From an uncultured virus (IMG/VR IMGVR_UViG_3300033562_001302) (lineage: Duplodnaviria > Heunggongvirae > Uroviricota > Caudoviricetes), in the IMG/VR virus record IMGVR_UViG_3300033562_001302: a DNA stretch of 64,000 nucleotides, one strand, 5' to 3'. Under the pieces are notes generated by a model, which worked only from the letters and a program-made list of their open reading frames with translations, was not told the DNA's origin and ran no database searches. This document shows, piece after piece, positions 59,814-64,000 of this stretch; position 1 is the first letter of the stretch; each line of letters opens with the position of its first letter. Both the position numbers and the translations under genes were made by a program.

Positions 59814-60196
59814 TTCATTTTGTATCCAACGGGATACAAGAAAAACTAGTGGATCCTAAATGATGCCTTTTTTCACTGGTCATGAACCCTTATAAACAAA
59901 GGGTTTATGCCTTATATATCACTGAAAGCATCCAACTGGATAAAACTGTGAAAACATAGTTTTTGTGGTTTTACAAAAAGTATCATTAAAATTAGAATTT
60001 ATCCAAAAGGATACAAAACAATAAAAACAATTTTAAAAATATATGTAAAACATTAAAAACACGATTTTATCCAGTTGGATGCTTTCAGTAATATATAAGG
60101 CATAAACCCTTATAAACAAAGGGTTTAACCCCAGTGAAAAAAGGCATCATTTAGGATCCACGCGTTTTTCTTGTATCCAAAAGGATACAAAATGAA
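59814..60196. repeat. ~380-bp palindromic element with TATCC-N4-GGATA boxes (copy 2)
   Basis: ~135-bp arms nearly perfect reverse complements; homologous to 18804-19190. Confidence 0.9.
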
Positions 60197-60277
60197 TATT
60201 GTAAAATTATCAAAATTAATATAATCATTTTGTAAGTGATATTAACAAATAAACGATTTAATTAAAAGGAATATTTT

Positions 60278-62458
60278 ATGGATTTATTTACCTCGAGTAC
60301 AACTGAGAAACACTCTGCTTCAAATAAATCCTCATTTATAAATATAAGTGAGGGTGCTAGTAGTATACTACTACCTTCGTTTATATCAACAGAGGTTGTT
60401 GATATAGTTGAAGATACTATTATAATTGACGAGTTAAATGTTGTTGTAAAAAAAGAACATTTCTCCTCTAGTACAACGAGCACAACACAGACAGACCCAT
60501 CTGTCAAAAACATATTAGATAGATTAGCATCTTATTGTGAAGTAGATAAAGAATTACTTGAACAAGATTTATATTTACTAGATCCAACAAGTGGTGAAAT
60601 ATTATCACTAATGAATGGTAAGCTTGTAAAAAATCTTACATTTTTAAATAAATTTATGACAGTTGATCAACAATTATCTGAACGAATTAAGTGTCAAATG
60701 AGTTTTCTTTATTGGATGGAAAATTACGCCTATACGAAAGTATCAGGGGGTTATATTCATATGGGAAGTTCTGAACAATGGAAAAGTTCTCCAAAGTTTA
60801 GAATTTTGTGTAAATTATTTGAACAACATGATGCTGTGTTATTATTAAGTTCACGACAAATTGGTAAAACAACTCTTGGTTTATTATATGCTACTTGGGC
60901 TATGATATTCTTTCCAAAAATAGAAATTATGTTCTTAACACTTAATACAACTCTTGCTAAAGATGCTGTATCAAGAATAAAAGAAGCACTCTTAATGGTA
61001 CCAGATTGGATGAGAGTTGATAATGCTTCAGATGCTGCTAAAACAACTTTTATTGATTTGGTAAACGGTAGTAAATTTTTAACAAGTTTCGTATCAGGTG
61101 CTGTTGATCCGGATAAAGTAGGTAGGGGTCTTTCTCAACCTATTATTATTCTAGATGAGTTTGCTTTCTGTAACTATGCGGATATTGTTTATACATCAAT
61201 GCAACCATCATTAAGTACAGCTAGAAAATACGCGAAGATAAATGGTTATCCAACATTACTCTTAGGAGTAAGTACTCCAAATGGTGCAGGTGAAAATCAA
61301 TTCTATCAAATGTTAGACAACAGTACAGATATAGAAGAAATATATGATTTCGAAAACAAAAAATTATATGAAAATTATAAAGATGTATTAAACGATGATG
61401 CTAAAAATAGTTTTATATCAGTTAAAATACATTGGTCTGAAACGAATAGAGATGAAGCTTGGTATAAACAACAATGTAAAGATCTAAACTTTAATAAACG
61501 AAGAATTAATCAAGAGCTTGATTTAGCATTCTTAGGGTCTGCTACAGCTATCTTTGATGATGAGATTATTTTAAAACTTGTTCCTAAAAAAGCAAGTTAT
61601 GAAATGCAATTACCACATGGTCTTAAATTTAAAATGTTCCATGATATTGATCCGGGTGAAGTTTATTTACTTGGAGCCGATTCATCTGCAAGTACTGGTC
61701 CTGCGAGCGACTTCTCTGTTCTAAGTTTAGTTAGAGCTAGAGATGCGCAAGAAGTTGGGGTTGTTAAATGTCAATTCGCTGTTGTTAAAAAATTCTCAGG
61801 AGTTTTAAAAGCAGCTATTAAAGCATTGAATATAATGTATGGTTTAACATCAGATACACTTAAAGTTATTATAGAAAGAAATAGTTTTGGTAAAGGTGTT
61901 GTTGAAGATCTATTATATAATGATCCAGCACTAGATGATTTTGATTATGAATCATATGTGTGGCAAGAAGAGTTGGCTAATGGTGAACTTATTCCTGGAC
62001 TTTATACATCTAACGCTGGTAAGATGGGTAATGGTAAACGTGATCAGATGTTTTCTGAATTAATGAACCATATTAATGCTTATCCTGAATTAATTCACAG
62101 TAATGAATTAATTAAAGAACTTAGAACACTAGTTCAACTTCCAAGTGGTCGTATTGAAGCTGGTAAGAAATCACATGATGACGTTGTAATGGCTTATGTT
62201 TTCTGTTTATATGTAAGAAAAATTATGATCAAATCAGGAGAGTTAACAATAGATGGGGAATATTCAGCGTTTGCTTTATCTCCTGCAACTATTATGAACT
62301 TCATTGATGTAAATAATGTTCCTCAAAGATTTAGAAATGCCATTGAAGATAAAGTAATGGATGATATTCTTATAGAAGATGGATTTGAACATCTAGCAAA
62401 AACAAAAGTAAAACATGAAGAATTAGATATGATGGATTATATGGCTTTAATGTTATAA
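60278..62458 (+). CDS. terL: terminase large subunit (T4 gp17-like)
   Basis: SRQIGKTT, IILDEFAF, STPNG, GADSS, IERNSFG, HDDVVMA. Confidence 0.95.
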   Translation: MDLFTSSTTEKHSASNKSSFINISEGASSILLPSFISTEVVDIVEDTIIIDELNVVVKKEHFSSSTTSTTQTDPSVKNILDRLASYCEVDKELLEQDLYLLDPTSGEILSLMNGKLVKNLTFLNKFMTVDQQLSERIKCQMSFLYWMENYAYTKVSGGYIHMGSSEQWKSSPKFRILCKLFEQHDAVLLLSSRQIGKTTLGLLYATWAMIFFPKIEIMFLTLNTTLAKDAVSRIKEALLMVPDWMRVDNASDAAKTTFIDLVNGSKFLTSFVSGAVDPDKVGRGLSQPIIILDEFAFCNYADIVYTSMQPSLSTARKYAKINGYPTLLLGVSTPNGAGENQFYQMLDNSTDIEEIYDFENKKLYENYKDVLNDDAKNSFISVKIHWSETNRDEAWYKQQCKDLNFNKRRINQELDLAFLGSATAIFDDEIILKLVPKKASYEMQLPHGLKFKMFHDIDPGEVYLLGADSSASTGPASDFSVLSLVRARDAQEVGVVKCQFAVVKKFSGVLKAAIKALNIMYGLTSDTLKVIIERNSFGKGVVEDLLYNDPALDDFDYESYVWQEELANGELIPGLYTSNAGKMGNGKRDQMFSELMNHINAYPELIHSNELIKELRTLVQLPSGRIEAGKKSHDDVVMAYVFCLYVRKIMIKSGELTIDGEYSAFALSPATIMNFIDVNNVPQRFRNAIEDKVMDDILIEDGFEHLAKTKVKHEELDMMDYMALML

Positions 62459-62533
62459 AGTTTATCCAAATTTTTAGGTTCAATTAACTAATACATATAC
62501 ATATAATATACATATAAACAAAAAGGGGAATAC

Positions 62534-64000
62534 ATGAGTAATAAACACAGAGCTTTATCTGAGTTAGAAAAATTATCAGAACTATCTGGTTTATATGATG
62601 CTAAAAATAATCAATCGTCTATATTGAAATCTTTACAACACAATAAAATGCTTAATACAATTCGAATGAATTCTATGTTGGCTAAAACAGCAGCCTATAC
62701 TGCTGGTAAAGATAATCTTGAAAAATTCTCAGGTTCTCCACATTTATTTGATCAAGTAACACAAGCATCAGCATATGCTGGATTATTAGGTTTTCCTTCA
62801 GCTGGATCAATAGCAGCTGCTAATGCACTAGAAGCAAATAAAAGAAGAGTTGCTGCAAGAAATGGTAATGTAAATAATTATGATAAAGCAGCTGCTCTTA
62901 CAAACTCTGCTAGAAACTTTAGTCAAGTTGGAAAAAATGTATTCTATGGTTCAACTGCTTTAGGTATGACTGGTCTAGCTGATGTAACTAAAAACTCATT
63001 TGCATTAGCTCCTGGTGGAGCTGGAATGGGTGTTACTAAGTTAGCAGGTGGCGCAGATGCTATGGGACATTTTGGAGCTAATGCTCTAGGAGGTTTATTA
63101 AAAACAGCTGGAATGGATGGAGCAGGTATTGCTGTTCAAGGGATGAATCCAATGATAGCTGGTATGATGATGGCTATGGCATTATCAAAAGGTGGAACTG
63201 CTTTACATAAAATATTTAATAAAAATTCAGAGATGAATTTAAATAAAAACACAAAGAGAGATACATCTGTTCACGGAAAACAACCTCATGAATTAGAAGA
63301 TATGTATGGTAGTACTCATTCATATATGGCTGCTATTGCTCGTATGCAACAAATGGGGCAAATAGATGCTGGTACAGCAATCTTAGGTCAAATTTTAGCA
63401 TCTATTGAAGGACACACATCTGTACTTCCTTTATTAGCAGCTGATACAACTAATGCTGATAAGAAAAGAAAAGCTAAAACAAACAAAGCTCTTAATCATT
63501 TATCGGATCAATTTGGTGAAGATGGAACTTTAAGTAGAGGTGACCAAAGAAAAAATGACGATCCAGGTATTGTTTTTAAACTAGCAAATAGATTAGAAAG
63601 ATTCTCAGCTGAGTTCCAAAGTACATTTGATATTATGGGACAAGTTTCAAATACATTAAATGGTAAATCAAGTACTAGATTAGCAAATGAAGCAAATGAT
63701 ATAGGTAAAAAAGGTGATCTACTTAAGGCACAAAAAGACTTTGGTAGACGTTTTGGTGTATCCACTAATATGGTGCAAGCTATTCATACTACACCTACAC
63801 AAATAATGAATGAATCAGATTCATATGAGGGAAGAGTTATATCTATACTTGGATTAATATCTGAAATTAGTAGATTTTCAGCACATGAATTATTACAAAT
63901 TCGATCACAAGGTTTTGGTATCAAAGCTGGTGAAAGTTCTTCTTATTTGAAAAAGATGCAAGACAAAGCAGAAGAAGAAAGAGAAGCCAAAGATAATAAA
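62534..64000 (+). CDS. large Gly/Ala-rich virion protein (tape-measure-like), partial
   Basis: Open from ATG 62534 (AAGGGG SD) to window end; MSNKHRALSELEKLSELSGLYDAK... Confidence 0.6.
   Translation, partial: MSNKHRALSELEKLSELSGLYDAKNNQSSILKSLQHNKMLNTIRMNSMLAKTAAYTAGKDNLEKFSGSPHLFDQVTQASAYAGLLGFPSAGSIAAANALEANKRRVAARNGNVNNYDKAAALTNSARNFSQVGKNVFYGSTALGMTGLADVTKNSFALAPGGAGMGVTKLAGGADAMGHFGANALGGLLKTAGMDGAGIAVQGMNPMIAGMMMAMALSKGGTALHKIFNKNSEMNLNKNTKRDTSVHGKQPHELEDMYGSTHSYMAAIARMQQMGQIDAGTAILGQILASIEGHTSVLPLLAADTTNADKKRKAKTNKALNHLSDQFGEDGTLSRGDQRKNDDPGIVFKLANRLERFSAEFQSTFDIMGQVSNTLNGKSSTRLANEANDIGKKGDLLKAQKDFGRRFGVSTNMVQAIHTTPTQIMNESDSYEGRVISILGLISEISRFSAHELLQIRSQGFGIKAGESSSYLKKMQDKAEEEREAKDNK

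Noticed and set aside
2185..63765. Short opposite-strand or nested ORFs in the track (e.g. 2185, 5908, 6251, 8158, 9283, 16360, 24094, 31998, 39424, 51255, 60262, 63508)
   Set aside because: They lie inside longer motif-bearing genes, lack SD sites and look like shadow frames.
1..64000. tRNA/rRNA genes or stop-codon reassignment
   Set aside because: No cloverleaf or rRNA-like segment recognised; long genes read intact in the standard code with TAA, TAG and TGA stops.

Overview
Very AT-rich, gene-dense segment of a jumbo bacteriophage genome, standard genetic code, probably infecting Campylobacterota (inferred from a CheY closely resembling Campylobacter/Helicobacter-type CheY). Bases 1-19969 are a minus-strand block of small accessory/early genes with many paralog pairs, a radical SAM enzyme, an MBL hydrolase, DUF6527, DUF1566 pairs and an HNH. 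A ~1.1 kb control region at 18.2-19.3 kb holds duplicated promoter motifs, a candidate ncRNA and a large palindromic element. From 20228 genes run on the plus strand: a multisubunit RNA polymerase spread over six genes, a primase-helicase, an intein-containing SF2 helicase, a ParM-like actin, Acb1-like and ADP-ribosyltransferase genes, CheY, a histidine kinase and a porin, families of putative internal head proteins, neck and baseplate proteins, a second palindromic element and a T4-like terminase. The most notable observation is that the RNAP beta' catalytic DxDGD motif is cut in two. ...PLGGD lies in 24904-26193 and SDGD... lies in the upstream gene 20228-21409. Each half is fused to what looks like half of an atypical split intein, so the active site would exist only after protein trans-splicing. 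All calls come from motif reading by eye; no searches were run.
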